Source: Longimicrobiales bacterium
Lineage (GTDB): Bacteria; Gemmatimonadota; Gemmatimonadetes; Longimicrobiales; RSA9
DNA length: 64,000 nt
NCBI GenBank assembly: GCA_035513295.1
Contig: DATKCH010000001.1
Coordinates: 1 to 64,000 of the forward strand
Reading direction: 5' to 3'
The notes under the pieces are model-generated. The model was not told where the DNA came from, searched no databases, and worked only from the letters and a program-made list of their open reading frames with translations. The position numbers and the translations under genes were made by a program. Shown here in pieces: positions 1 to 9,230 of this stretch. Within the stretch, counting starts at the first letter, position 1. Each line of letters starts with the position of its first letter.

Positions 1-189
1 CCCGCCGACGCCGACAAGCTCCGCTTCGGCGTCGTCCACATGGCCTACCCCGAGATCCTCGCCGAGGCGTCCGCCGCCCTGCGCGAGCGCTACGGCGAGG
101 ACACCGAGATCCTCACGGGCCCCGTGACGCCGGTGATCGCGACGCACACGGGGCCGGGGGCGTGGGGGCTGGCGTGGATGGCGGGGTGA
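1..189 (+). CDS. DegV family protein, C-terminal fragment (5' end outside the window)
   Basis: In-frame translation reads ...ILTGPVTPVIATHTGPGAWGLAWMAG* with a stop at 187-189. The THTGPGA tail is typical of the DegV fatty-acid-binding family. Confidence 0.45.
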   Translation, partial: PADADKLRFGVVHMAYPEILAEASAALRERYGEDTEILTGPVTPVIATHTGPGAWGLAWMAG

Positions 190-196
190 CGTAAGC

Positions 197-1720
197 TCAG
201 GCGCCGTCGCCGAACGAGATCCGGGTGCCGTCCGGCAACGCCGTCCACTCCTCGGGGGAGGTGGCGTCGCCTTCGGCTCTTCCCCCACGCGCGCCGCCCG
301 CCTCGCGTGCGCCCGGGGCGGATTCGTTCGCGCCGCCTCCCGACTCCGGCTCGGCGACCACCATGCCGGCGCCCTTCCGGGCGTTGCCGCCTCGCCGGCC
401 GCCGCCGCCCCCGGGGCCCTCATCTCGCGAGGGAACGGCGCGGCCCGCGCCGCGGCCGTGGCCGCCCACGGACCGTTTCAGGATCTCCGAGATGTCGATC
501 CCGAGCGACGACCCCAGCCCTTCCAGCGTGCGGAGCGCCGCGCCGACACGCTGGTTGGCCGCATTGCCCACGCCCGTGCCCGAGCCGTCGTCCAGCACGA
601 CGATCTTGTCGATGCTGATGCCGCGCACGGCTTCCACGGTCGTCTCGAGCAGCGCCGGCAGCTTCTCGGCCAACAGCACCGCGAAGCCGTCCGGGCCGGC
701 CTTGGTGACCTCCTCGTAGAGCAGACGAAGCGCCTCTGCTTGCGCCCTACCACTCTCGAGGATGGGTGAGGCGTCGGCCTGGGCCTTCGCGATCGCGGCG
801 GCGCGGGCGGCCTCGGCGGGCTCCACCACGTCGGCGCGCAGCCTCCGGCGCTGCAGCTCGATGCGCTGGTTCTCCAGCTCCTGCTGCGCCTCCACCTCCG
901 CGCGCTCGGCGTCGGCCTTGGCCACGCGCTCGGCAATTTCCGCCTCGCGCATCAGCTCGGCGTTGCGCACGCGCAGGGCGTTCTGCGCCTCGGCGATGGC
1001 GATGTCGGCCCTGGCCTCGGCGGTCTTGGCCGCCTCCCTGGCGGTGGCTTGACGCTGCATGGTCTCGGCCTCGCGCTCGGCCTCGGCCACCTCGGCCTGC
1101 TTGATGATGTCCGCCGTGCGGACGCGCCCGATCGCCTCCAGGTAGCCCACGTCGTCGCTGACGTTCTGGATCTTCAGCGTGTCGAGCTGGAGGCCGAGCT
1201 TCTGCAGGTCCTGGTGCGCCTCCTCGGTCAGCTCCTGGGCGAACCGGAGCCGATCCTCGTTGACCTCCTCGGGAGTCAGCGTGGCGAGAACGCCGCGCAG
1301 GTTGGCCGCGAGGGTCTCGCGCGCCAGGCCTTCGATCTCCACCATGGGCTTCCCGAGCAGACGCTCGACGGCGTTGTTGAAGACGCTGTCGGGCTGCGAT
1401 GCGACCTTCACGTTGGCGACCGCCTGCACCGCCAGCGGGATGCCCCCCTTGGAGAAGGCGTTCGTCACGCCGATCTCGAGCGGGATGGTGTCCAGCGGCA
1501 TCCAGTCCACGGATTCCACGATGGGCACGCGCAACGTCCTGCCGCCGACGACCACGCGATAGCCGACGGCGTCGCCGCTCTCGATGCGCCTGCGGCGGCC
1601 GGTGATGATGGCGGCCGTGTTGGGCGGCACGATGACGATCAGTGCGGATATGGTAGCGACGAGCGCCAGCAGCGCGGCGAGCACGACCCCGCCGATGATG
1701 AGTCCGATCTGCACGTCCAT
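197..1720 (-). CDS. Flotillin / SPFH (band-7) family membrane-microdomain protein (YqiK-like)
   Basis: 507 aa with an N-terminal TM helix, an SPFH core, a long Ala/Glu-rich coiled coil and a Gly-rich tail. It lies immediately downstream of the NfeD-like gene, with a 1-nt gap. Confidence 0.8.
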   Translation of the reverse strand: MDVQIGLIIGGVVLAALLALVATISALIVIVPPNTAAIITGRRRRIESGDAVGYRVVVGGRTLRVPIVESVDWMPLDTIPLEIGVTNAFSKGGIPLAVQAVANVKVASQPDSVFNNAVERLLGKPMVEIEGLARETLAANLRGVLATLTPEEVNEDRLRFAQELTEEAHQDLQKLGLQLDTLKIQNVSDDVGYLEAIGRVRTADIIKQAEVAEAEREAETMQRQATAREAAKTAEARADIAIAEAQNALRVRNAELMREAEIAERVAKADAERAEVEAQQELENQRIELQRRRLRADVVEPAEAARAAAIAKAQADASPILESGRAQAEALRLLYEEVTKAGPDGFAVLLAEKLPALLETTVEAVRGISIDKIVVLDDGSGTGVGNAANQRVGAALRTLEGLGSSLGIDISEILKRSVGGHGRGAGRAVPSRDEGPGGGGGRRGGNARKGAGMVVAEPESGGGANESAPGAREAGGARGGRAEGDATSPEEWTALPDGTRISFGDGA

Positions 1721-1721
1721 T

Positions 1722-2339
1722 TCAGCCTCCCTCGGTCAGTTCCTCGAGGGGCGCGACCAGGGCCACGCCGCCTTCCATGTCCACCACCACCACCGACTTC
1801 CATTGCGCCGGACTGCCGTCCGATTCCTGGAACGGGCGCGCGGCCAGCTCGTAGGTGCGATCGCGCCTCCGGACCAGGACGCGTCCGAGCCCGCGGGCGT
1901 TGATCGGCACGGTCACCATGGCGGGGAGTCCCACGAAGCCGCCTTCGCCCTCCAGGTCGCCGCTCTCGCTGGTCGCGAGGTAGCGGAACGTCGCGACGAC
2001 GAGCCCCATGGTCAGCGCGCCGGCGATGACGGCGGCGATCGCGGTCGTCAGCGGGCCGGTCCCCAGCCGGGTCAGCACGGTGCCGGTCGCGCCGATGCCG
2101 AAGAGGAGGTACGTGATCGCCCGCAGCGACAGGATCTTGAGGCCGTGCCCCCCGTGGGTGTCCGCGTGGAGGTTGTCCGCGTCCAGGTCGACCCCGTCCA
2201 CATCCAGGTCGAGCCCGTCCACGTCCAGGTCCACGTCGCCCGCGTCGACGTCGGCGTCGCCGAACAGGTTGCCGAACGCCGAGAGCAGCAGCATGCCTCC
2301 GCCGACCACGAGCGCGAAGAGGTAGAATTGTGACATCGG
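1722..2339 (-). CDS. NfeD-like membrane protein, operon partner of flotillin
   Basis: Likely start is MSQFYLFALVVGG. There are TM helices and a C-terminal OB-fold-like segment (VTVPINARGLGRVLVRRRDRTYELAAR). The classic gene order is nfeD then flotillin. It contains a (V/L)D(L/V)D acidic repeat. Confidence 0.6.
   Translation of the reverse strand, partial: PMSQFYLFALVVGGGMLLLSAFGNLFGDADVDAGDVDLDVDGLDLDVDGVDLDADNLHADTHGGHGLKILSLRAITYLLFGIGATGTVLTRLGTGPLTTAIAAVIAGALTMGLVVATFRYLATSESGDLEGEGGFVGLPAMVTVPINARGLGRVLVRRRDRTYELAARPFQESDGSPAQWKSVVVVDMEGGVALVAPLEELTEGG
2175..2262 (-). repeat. Short tandem coding repeat (gtccaggtcgaN ccc gtc cac) encoding a (DxDVDG)n acidic tract inside the NfeD-like gene
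   Basis: The DNA shows direct repeats of roughly 9-18 nt. The protein reads DADVDAGDVDLDVDGLDLDVDGVDLDADNL. Confidence 0.4.
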
Positions 2340-2561
2340 GGCCCCCCTTCGGTCGAGTGTCGGAGCTACACGTAGTACGCGGTCGGTCCTCCGCAACTTC
2401 ACGAAAAGGGGTGCAAAGAAGAAGGTCCGGCCCGCCCCGAGGGACGAACCGGACCCGATTCCGGCGCAGCCAGCGAGCGCGCCGACGCGAAGGATTACCG
2501 CGCCACGCGGGCCTTCGCGTATCTCAACACGGCCGTTCCTCCGCCGTCGCGCTCACCGGAC

Positions 2562-3131
2562 TCAGTGGCCGCCGTCTCCGTGCTCCCGCTTCTCGCCCCG
2601 GTGGCCGCGCATGCCGCGCTCGCCCCGCTCTCCGCGCCGGGCGCGCATCCGCTCGCGCAGCAGCTCGCGCTGCCCGTCGGTGAGCACGTCGCGCGCCTCC
2701 TCCATCGCGTCGCGGGAATTGTCCATGATCGCCCGCCTGTCGTCGCGCGTGCGGTCCATGAAGTCGCGCATCTTCTGCCGATCCTCGTCGCTCATCCGCG
2801 GGCGCTCCGGCTCGCGCGGGCGATCCTCGTCCCGCGGCCGGATCCGCCCGGCGCGCGCGCCCTCGCCGGGCCGGAACTCGGGCAGCCCGAGCTCGTCACG
2901 GACGGTTTCGATGCGCTGAAGGTGCGTCGCGTTCTCGGTCCGGAGCCGCTCGCGGATCGCCCCGAGACGCGCTACCTGGTCTTCCGTCAGATCCAGCTCG
3001 TCGCTCAGCTCGAGCCAATGCTCCAGCGGCGCGGCGCCGCCGTGGCCGAACGGGTCCCGCTGCGCGGCGCCGGCCGCCGGAATCATGAGCGCGAGAAGCG
3101 CCGTGAGCATGACCGTTCTGCGTGTGTTCAT
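2562..3131 (-). CDS. Spy/CpxP-family periplasmic protein (LTxxQ motif)
   Basis: Likely start is MNTRRTVMLTALLALMIPAAGAAQ, which carries a signal peptide. There are two LTxxQ motifs (LTEDQ, LTDGQ) and an Arg/Glu-rich helical protein. Confidence 0.6.
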   Translation of the reverse strand: MNTRRTVMLTALLALMIPAAGAAQRDPFGHGGAAPLEHWLELSDELDLTEDQVARLGAIRERLRTENATHLQRIETVRDELGLPEFRPGEGARAGRIRPRDEDRPREPERPRMSDEDRQKMRDFMDRTRDDRRAIMDNSRDAMEEARDVLTDGQRELLRERMRARRGERGERGMRGHRGEKREHGDGGH

Positions 3132-3265
3132 TCCATCCCTCCACTGGGAAGCCGGCCCGGCGGGCGCCGGTCCGTACATCGTTCCTCGGTTCCAGTCCTT
3201 CGGACGCGCCCTGCGACGGAGTCGTTAAAGGCGCTCGAGAGGAGCGCGGCGTTGCACCGCCGTCC

Positions 3266-3294
3266 TTGACGACACGGCGCTGGGCGGGTAGTAA
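3266..3294 (+). promoter_or_regulatory. Sigma70-like promoter TTGACG-N17-TAGTAA upstream of the GGDEF-EAL gene
   Basis: The hexamers sit about 80 nt upstream of ATG 3373, in the divergent intergenic region shared with the Spy-like gene. Confidence 0.4.
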
Positions 3295-3372
3295 CAACTC
3301 GACCCAGCGGTGGGTCTACCTCCCCCCGGACCGCGACCGCTCGTTACTTCGGACCCGCCGTGGTTTCCGTGC

Positions 3373-6006
3373 CCTATGCGCTTCGCCCGCTGTCTGGTCC
3401 TGCTGGCGGCCGTGGCCGCCCCCGCGGCGCTGCGCGCCCAGGGCGAGGCCCGTGACCCCGGCGCGCTGGACCGGATCGATCGGGCCACGGACGCCGCGCC
3501 CCAGCGGGCCGACCAAGGCGCCGCGCCGCTCGAGCGCTCGCTATGGCCCCCCGGCGAGTCCTTGGCCGCGCTCCTGCGCGACGACGACGGGGACCTGATC
3601 CCGGACCGCGTCGGCGAGCTGGTCACCGTATCCGGACGCGCCTCCGTGGGTCTCGGCGTCCTCACGCGCCGCACGATGCACGTCTTCATCCAGGGCCCGA
3701 GCAGGGGCATCCTGCTGATCGGAGGGCCGCGCGGCGAGCCGGTCGTCGAGGGGGACCTGGTCGAGGCCTACGGCACCCTGGGCTTCGCGGACGGGGTCGC
3801 GGGGCTGAACGTCCGGGGCTACCGCGTGGCCGCCCGCGAGCGACGTCCGCCGGTCCCGGAGCACGTCGACCTGGAGGATCTCGGTGAGGCGCTCGAGAGC
3901 CGCGTCGTGCACGTCAGCGCGGAGGTCGTCGGCTGGAGGGAGAGCGAGCTCGGCCCGGCGCTGCTCATCCGATCCGGCTCGGGCGCGACCGTGGAAGTCC
4001 TGATGCCCGTGGCGTTCGCCGTCCCCGCCGACCTCGAGCCAGGGTCGATGGTTGAGGTGATGGGGATCGTGGGCCAGGAGGATTTCGACCCGCCCTACGA
4101 CGCCGGCTATCGAATCCACGTGCGGGCGCCCGAGGACATCGCGGTCATCGCCTCTCCGGGCCGGGTGAACGATCGCGTCCTCTACGCGCTGGCGGCCGCC
4201 CTCGCGGCGCTGCTCCTGTGGCTCGCTACGCTGCGGCGGCAAGTGGCGCGCCGGTCCGCGGACCTGCGGGAGTCGGAGGAGCGTTACCGGTTGCTCGTGC
4301 AGCAGTCGCCGGCGCCGGTCCTCGTGTACACCGATGGCGCCGTCGCGTACGCCAACTCGGCGGCCGGAGAGCTGTTCGGAGCGGACGGCGACCAGCTCAT
4401 CGGGCGGCGCGTGGAAGACATCCTCCCCAGCCAGCTCACCGAGGCCGTGGCATCACCGGAAGCCGGTCCGTCGGAGGCAGGGGCCGGCGGGCGGTCGCGG
4501 GAGGCGACCATCGTGCGAGCGGACGGCAGCGGGCTCGACCTCGATGCGGTCACGACGCACACCCGCTTTCGTGGGCGCGACTCCGTCCAGGTCGTCCTGC
4601 GCGACATCACCGCGCGCAATGCCCGCGAGCAGCGGCTTCGCCACGACTCGCTGCACGATCCCCTGACGGGCCTGCCGAACCGAGCTCTGTTCCTCGACCG
4701 CCTCGAGCAGGCGATCAAACACGGGCGCCGGCACGAGGGCGCGGAGTTCGCCGTGCTGTTCCTCGACCTCGACCGGTTCAAGATCGTCAACGACAGCCTC
4801 GGGCACCTCCAGGGCGACAAGCTCCTGCAGGAAGTGGCCGAGCGGTTGCGGGGCGTGACGCGCGACGAGGACACGGTCGCCCGGCTGGGCGGCGACGAGT
4901 TCGCCATCCTCATCAACGACGTGCAAGACCTGGGCGACGCGACCCGCGTGGCGGACCGGGTCGGCGAGGTCCTGTCCGCGCCGCTCACCCTCGCCGGCCA
5001 CGAGATCGGCGTCAGCGCGAGCACCGGCATCGCGCTGAGTTGGACGGACTACGAGGACCCGCTGGACGTGCTGCGGGACGCGGACACCGCGATGTATCGC
5101 GCCAAGGACCAGGGCGTCGGCCGCTACCAGGTGTTCGACCGGGAGATGCACGCGGCGGCGATGGAGCAGCTCCGGCTGGAGGCGGACCTGCGCAAGGCCG
5201 TCGAAAATGGCGAGTTCGGGGTTCGCTATCAGCCCATCGTGGACATCGACTCGGGCGCGCTCGTGGGCTTCGAGGCGCTCGTCCGCTGGCAGGTGCGCGA
5301 CGGCCCGGAGATACGGCCCGCGGGCTTCATCGACCTCGCCGAGGAGACCGGCTTGATCGTCCCCATGGGCTGGCTCGTCCTGCGCCAGGCCTGCACCCAG
5401 TTGCGCGAGTGGAAAGACGAGTTTCACCTGTCGGGCCCCGTTCTCAGCGTGCACGTCAACCTGTCGGGCAAACAGGTAGCCCATCCGGACCTGGCCGACC
5501 GCATCGAGGGGATCCTGGCCGAGACCGGGCTGCATCCGGAGGACCTCAAGATCGAGATCACCGAGAGCGTCGCCATGGACGAGACGGAGTCCACCGCGGC
5601 CGCGCTCGCCCGCCTGCAGCGGAGCGGCGTGCCGGTGTGCATTGACGACTTCGGCACCGGCTACTCCTCGCTCAGCTATCTGCACCGTTTTCCGTTCGAC
5701 GCGCTCAAGATCGACCGCTCCTTCATCAGCGGCGGGGACGCCACGAGCAGCGTGAACTGGGAGATCGTGAACGCGATCGTGACGCTCGCCGGACAGCTCG
5801 GGAAGGGCGTGATCGCCGAGGGGGTGGAGACGCCGGAGCAGCTTGGCTTCCTGCGCGCGATCGGTGCGCCACAGGCGCAGGGCAACATGATCGCTCCGGC
5901 GCTGACCCTCGAGGAGGCGCGGGAATTCCTCGCAAGGGCCACCCGCGAAGGACCGCGGGCGCCGTGGCGGATGGGCGACGCGCTGGCGGGATCGTTTTCC
6001 GACTGA
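3373..6006 (+). CDS. Diguanylate cyclase/phosphodiesterase (periplasmic sensor domain-TM-PAS-GGDEF-EAL)
   Basis: Domain order: signal peptide (MRFARCLVLLAAVAAPAALRAQ), a ~270-aa periplasmic domain, a TM helix (VLYALAAALAALLLWLATL), a PAS domain, a GGDEF motif (RLGGDEFAIL) and EAL motifs (FEALVRW, DDFGTGYSSL). Confidence 0.85.
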   Translation, partial: PMRFARCLVLLAAVAAPAALRAQGEARDPGALDRIDRATDAAPQRADQGAAPLERSLWPPGESLAALLRDDDGDLIPDRVGELVTVSGRASVGLGVLTRRTMHVFIQGPSRGILLIGGPRGEPVVEGDLVEAYGTLGFADGVAGLNVRGYRVAARERRPPVPEHVDLEDLGEALESRVVHVSAEVVGWRESELGPALLIRSGSGATVEVLMPVAFAVPADLEPGSMVEVMGIVGQEDFDPPYDAGYRIHVRAPEDIAVIASPGRVNDRVLYALAAALAALLLWLATLRRQVARRSADLRESEERYRLLVQQSPAPVLVYTDGAVAYANSAAGELFGADGDQLIGRRVEDILPSQLTEAVASPEAGPSEAGAGGRSREATIVRADGSGLDLDAVTTHTRFRGRDSVQVVLRDITARNAREQRLRHDSLHDPLTGLPNRALFLDRLEQAIKHGRRHEGAEFAVLFLDLDRFKIVNDSLGHLQGDKLLQEVAERLRGVTRDEDTVARLGGDEFAILINDVQDLGDATRVADRVGEVLSAPLTLAGHEIGVSASTGIALSWTDYEDPLDVLRDADTAMYRAKDQGVGRYQVFDREMHAAAMEQLRLEADLRKAVENGEFGVRYQPIVDIDSGALVGFEALVRWQVRDGPEIRPAGFIDLAEETGLIVPMGWLVLRQACTQLREWKDEFHLSGPVLSVHVNLSGKQVAHPDLADRIEGILAETGLHPEDLKIEITESVAMDETESTAAALARLQRSGVPVCIDDFGTGYSSLSYLHRFPFDALKIDRSFISGGDATSSVNWEIVNAIVTLAGQLGKGVIAEGVETPEQLGFLRAIGAPQAQGNMIAPALTLEEAREFLARATREGPRAPWRMGDALAGSFSD

Positions 6007-6034
6007 TCCGGCGGACCGCGTCCGGCACCTAGGC

Positions 6035-6568
6035 CTATTCCTGCCCGCCGGAGCGCCGTTCCCGCAGCTCCCTCACGAGCACGTCGATGATCGCCGCCAC
6101 GGCCGGACGCGCTCGCAGGCCGTGGGCAGCCCGCAGGTGGCTTTCGGCCGCGCTCCAGCGCCCCGCGCCGATTTCCAGTTCCGCCAACTGAGCGCGCAGG
6201 AGCGCCTCGTTGCTGGTGGATCGGAGCGGACCCTGGAGGGCCTGCTCCAGGTGTTCCCGCGCGGCCCCGGTTTCCCGGTCGTGGGCCAGCAGCAGGCCCT
6301 GAACCCAGTGGAAGTAGGCTCGATGGCGCCGGGCCAGGAACGTCGGCCGCGGCGTGCCCGCGAGCAGGCGCCGCGCCTTGTCCCGGTCCTCCTTGAGCAG
6401 CGCCTGCCAGGCCGCGAACACGGACCCGTAGCGCCAGTGCCCCCACAGCACCACGAGGGCCGCGGCCGCGAGCGCGGCGCCCAGCCCCATGCGTCCCTGC
6501 AGGAAGTTGGCGAACGCCAGCAGCGAAGCGCCGGTGACGAGCAGCCACCGGGTGCGCGCGGAGAACAC
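6035..6568 (-). CDS. Hypothetical membrane protein with a TPR-like C-terminus
   Basis: 177-aa ORF with two N-terminal hydrophobic helices followed by a helical repeat region. No recognisable family. Confidence 0.35.
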   Translation of the reverse strand: MFSARTRWLLVTGASLLAFANFLQGRMGLGAALAAAALVVLWGHWRYGSVFAAWQALLKEDRDKARRLLAGTPRPTFLARRHRAYFHWVQGLLLAHDRETGAAREHLEQALQGPLRSTSNEALLRAQLAELEIGAGRWSAAESHLRAAHGLRARPAVAAIIDVLVRELRERRSGGQE

Positions 6569-6614
6569 TAGCGTACCGCGGCAGGGGGGCCGCGACTACT
6601 CGACCGCGCCACGC

Positions 6615-7442
6615 TCAGCCCAGGGAGTCGAGGCAGCTCCGAAGGTCCCTGGCGAGGCAGGTGTGGGAGGGCGTATCCCGCAGCGTGTACCTGCTCGCCT
6701 CGGTCAACCGGAGCGCCATCAGCAGGTCCAGGAACCGGCCAATGTAGTCGCTCTCGAACGCGACCACGAACTCCTGGTCATCGAGCCCGTAGCTGTAGGT
6801 GGTGTTGAGCTTGACGTCCGGCCACTCGTGGCCCACGCGGATGTGCTCGTCCATCATCCTCTGGCGGTCTTCCTGCGCCAGAGTGTACCACTCGCGCGTC
6901 TTCACGAAGGGGTACACGAACAGGAACTTCGACCCCTGCGGATTGATGGCGATGCGCGCCTGGTCGAGCCGGTCCTCGCCGGCGTATTTCTCCAGGTACT
7001 CCTCCTCGTACCGGTTCACGTAGATGGACCGGCGCGTGAGGGCGAAGTACGAGTGGGGCATGCTCAGGTAGCCGCTGAGGCCGGCGCGGTTCAGGTCCCC
7101 CGCCAGCGCGTCGATGTGGTCGATGTCGCGCGACGCCTGCCAGAGCATGAAGTCGGAGTCCCCGCGCGTGCCCACGGTGGAGTAGGAGTAGACCATGAAG
7201 TCCCGCCCGTGGCGGCCGATGACGTCCACGAACTCCCGCTTGTGTTCCTCCCTCACGTCCGCGGGGAGCCGGCGCCACGCCGGGTCGAGCCGATAGAACG
7301 CGAAACGCACGCATTCGCGGTCCCGCGTCTTCTCCTGCTCGCGCCGGATCTGCTCCCAGGCGTCTTCCTCGAACGCCGGGCGCTGTACGTGGCCCGGGCG
7401 AACGCCGCGTGGGGCGTTGGCGGTCGGTTCGGTCGTGGACAT
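6615..7442 (-). CDS. Chlorite dismutase family protein (HemQ-like coproheme decarboxylase)
   Basis: Likely start is MSTTEPTANA. The sequence is a Dyp/Cld-like ferredoxin fold (FMVYSYSTVGTRGDSDFMLWQ, LDDQEFVVAFESD). Confidence 0.55.
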   Translation of the reverse strand: MSTTEPTANAPRGVRPGHVQRPAFEEDAWEQIRREQEKTRDRECVRFAFYRLDPAWRRLPADVREEHKREFVDVIGRHGRDFMVYSYSTVGTRGDSDFMLWQASRDIDHIDALAGDLNRAGLSGYLSMPHSYFALTRRSIYVNRYEEEYLEKYAGEDRLDQARIAINPQGSKFLFVYPFVKTREWYTLAQEDRQRMMDEHIRVGHEWPDVKLNTTYSYGLDDQEFVVAFESDYIGRFLDLLMALRLTEASRYTLRDTPSHTCLARDLRSCLDSLG

Positions 7443-7735
7443 TAGGTCCGCCGTTTCTTCGAAGGGGCGGTGACCCCGGGGTGGACGTCGATGGATTCGC
7501 GAAACTTCCGACAACCCCCGCGCGGGAGCAAGCCGGAGAATGCCCGTAGGGGTTACCCCCACCGTGGAGGGCGTCGGCGACAGTCCGGGGGGTCGGGGGA
7601 GGAGAGGAGCTCGATCGGGGCCCGGGCTAGCCGCCCTTGGATCGCCCCTGCTTCTGCGCGCTTTCCTTGACGTGCTCGTACTGACGCTCGTCCTTCTTGC
7701 TCCAGGAATCAGGCGGGGCGCCGGCCGGTCGAGCG

Positions 7736-8224
7736 TCAGCCGGTTGTCGGGGGGCGGGGGTCCTGCGCGGCGCGCACGCCCAGGTAACCGGCCGCGGTGG
7801 CCAGCGCCTCCCTTTCCGCGCGCCCCTTGCGGTCACCCAACCCCAGGAAGCCACCCGAGGCCTCGGCGACTGCGCGTCCGATCGCGAGCAGGCCATTCTT
7901 GAAGGAATCCCCCACCTCGGGCGGCCAGTGCAGGTCCACTACGGCGGCGACGCGGCGCAACCCGTCCACAGCGTCCCTGTCGTCGGCCGCATAACGGGCC
8001 AGCAACCGGGCGCCGTCGTGGGTCAGGTCCGAGAGCACGAGGTCGAGCAGGGGGCCGCCGTCCGGCCGCGCGCGCTCCACCACGCGCGCGAGTTCGTCGA
8101 CCTCGCGCTCGTCCACGGCGCCGTCGGACCCCGCTACGAGGGAAAACATCCACAGCGGGCCAAAGGTCAGCGTGTCGCGATCCGCGGCGGTCAGGGAATC
8201 CAGGCCGGGGCTGTGAGTGCTCAT
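7736..8224 (-). CDS. TerB-like / DjlA-N-like domain protein (hypothetical)
   Basis: Start is MSTHSPG, preceded by a GGAGG RBS. It has a helical acidic domain (FGPLWMFSLVAGSDGAVDEREVDELARVVE) reminiscent of TerB. Its ATGA overlaps the stop of the upstream membrane-protein gene. Confidence 0.4.
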   Translation of the reverse strand: MSTHSPGLDSLTAADRDTLTFGPLWMFSLVAGSDGAVDEREVDELARVVERARPDGGPLLDLVLSDLTHDGARLLARYAADDRDAVDGLRRVAAVVDLHWPPEVGDSFKNGLLAIGRAVAEASGGFLGLGDRKGRAEREALATAAGYLGVRAAQDPRPPTTG

Positions 8225-8742
8225 GACGGTTCCTCCTTGGGGGGTGTCGGGATCCGGGCGGACGCATCGGAAGCCAGGCCGAAAAAGAGTCGGGTGCCTG
8301 GGCGGCCGAGGGACCGGAACAGCCACGCGAACCACCCGATCGCGAGCGTTCCGGTCGGAAGCAGCACCGGCACCACCGAGGCGGCGGGCCAGCTCCCGCC
8401 CATGAAGCTGAAGGTCGCGCCTACCGGCGCGATCAGGCTGAGGATCATCAAGAGGAGCGTCCCGAGCGCCGCGGCCGCCGCGATCCTGCGCGCCCACCTC
8501 CACGCGCGCGCGTCGCCGCCCCGCAAGCCCCGAAACAGGGCCAGCCCCGTGAGACCGACGGCCAACGGGACCGGCAGCAGAAACACGCCTGTCCGCGCCG
8601 AGCTCACCAGCTCCAGCAGCCCGCCCAGGAAACCGGCGCCCGAGGCCAGCAGGAAGAACCACGCGCCGAGCCGGACGCCGGCCGGAACATCGCTGGCCGG
8701 GTCAGCTGCCGGAACGGCCCGAGGAGGGGACTCGAGAGTCAT
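8221..8742 (-). CDS. Hypothetical integral membrane protein (4 TM)
   Basis: 173 aa and hydrophobic. It is the first gene of a two-gene operon, translationally coupled to the TerB-like gene. Confidence 0.45.
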   Translation of the reverse strand: MTLESPPRAVPAADPASDVPAGVRLGAWFFLLASGAGFLGGLLELVSSARTGVFLLPVPLAVGLTGLALFRGLRGGDARAWRWARRIAAAAALGTLLLMILSLIAPVGATFSFMGGSWPAASVVPVLLPTGTLAIGWFAWLFRSLGRPGTRLFFGLASDASARIPTPPKEEPS

Positions 8743-8780
8743 TTCCCACTAGTAGGCGCGGAAACCTCCGAACGCCACGG

Positions 8781-8809
8781 TTGACATGTGATAAAAAGGT
8801 CACATATTG
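8781..8809 (+). promoter_or_regulatory. Promoter with consensus -35 TTGACA and a 20-bp dyad operator ATGTGAtaaaaaggTCACAT in the spacer (ArsR-type autoregulation site)
   Basis: This is an AT-rich island in 70% GC DNA. TTGACA is at 8781-8786, the dyad at 8786-8805 and a -10-like CATATT at about 8803-8808. It lies 50 nt upstream of the three-gene operon. Confidence 0.5.
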
Positions 8810-8855
8810 GCGAGCGGCGGATTTGCAACCAACCCCGAGGGAAGGGACCCCGACG

Positions 8856-9230
8856 ATGGGACGCAGCGTTCTCGCGGTATTGGCCGGCGCGGTCGTCTGG
8901 GCGTCACTGTGGGTCGGCGGCACGGCGCTCCTGTCCGCGATGTTCCCGCGGCAGGTCGAGCCGGGGGCGCCGGTCACCGCGACGGGGATCCTGGTCGGTC
9001 TGGTCGTCTACAGCGTGATCCTCTCGGTCCTGGCGGGCTGGACGACCGGCCGGTTGGCGGCGTCCGAGCCGTTGCGCCACGCGGCGATCCTCGCGGTGAT
9101 CCAGCTCGCGCTGGGGATCCTCTTCGAGGCGTCCGCCTGGAATCTGACTCCCATCTGGTACCACCTCGTCTTCCTCGCCCTGATCGCGCCGGCCACGATG
9201 TACGGGGGGCGGCTGGCGGCCCGACGATGA
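8856..9230 (+). CDS. Small integral membrane protein (hypothetical), first gene of the ArsR operon
   Basis: Start is MGRSVLAVLAGAVVW; the MTCDKK start in the ORF track is actually the promoter. It has 3-4 TM helices and an ATGA overlap with arsR. Confidence 0.5.
   Translation: MGRSVLAVLAGAVVWASLWVGGTALLSAMFPRQVEPGAPVTATGILVGLVVYSVILSVLAGWTTGRLAASEPLRHAAILAVIQLALGILFEASAWNLTPIWYHLVFLALIAPATMYGGRLAARR

Noticed and set aside
7697-8752. 351-aa plus-strand ORF
   Set aside because: It is antisense to the membrane/TerB-like operon and has Arg/Ala/Pro-rich composition.
8781-8855. ORF-track start MTCDKKVTYW... for the first gene of the ArsR operon
   Set aside because: The codons TTG ACA TGT GAT AAA AAG GTC ACA are the TTGACA -35 box and the dyad operator. 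The real start is ATG at 8856.
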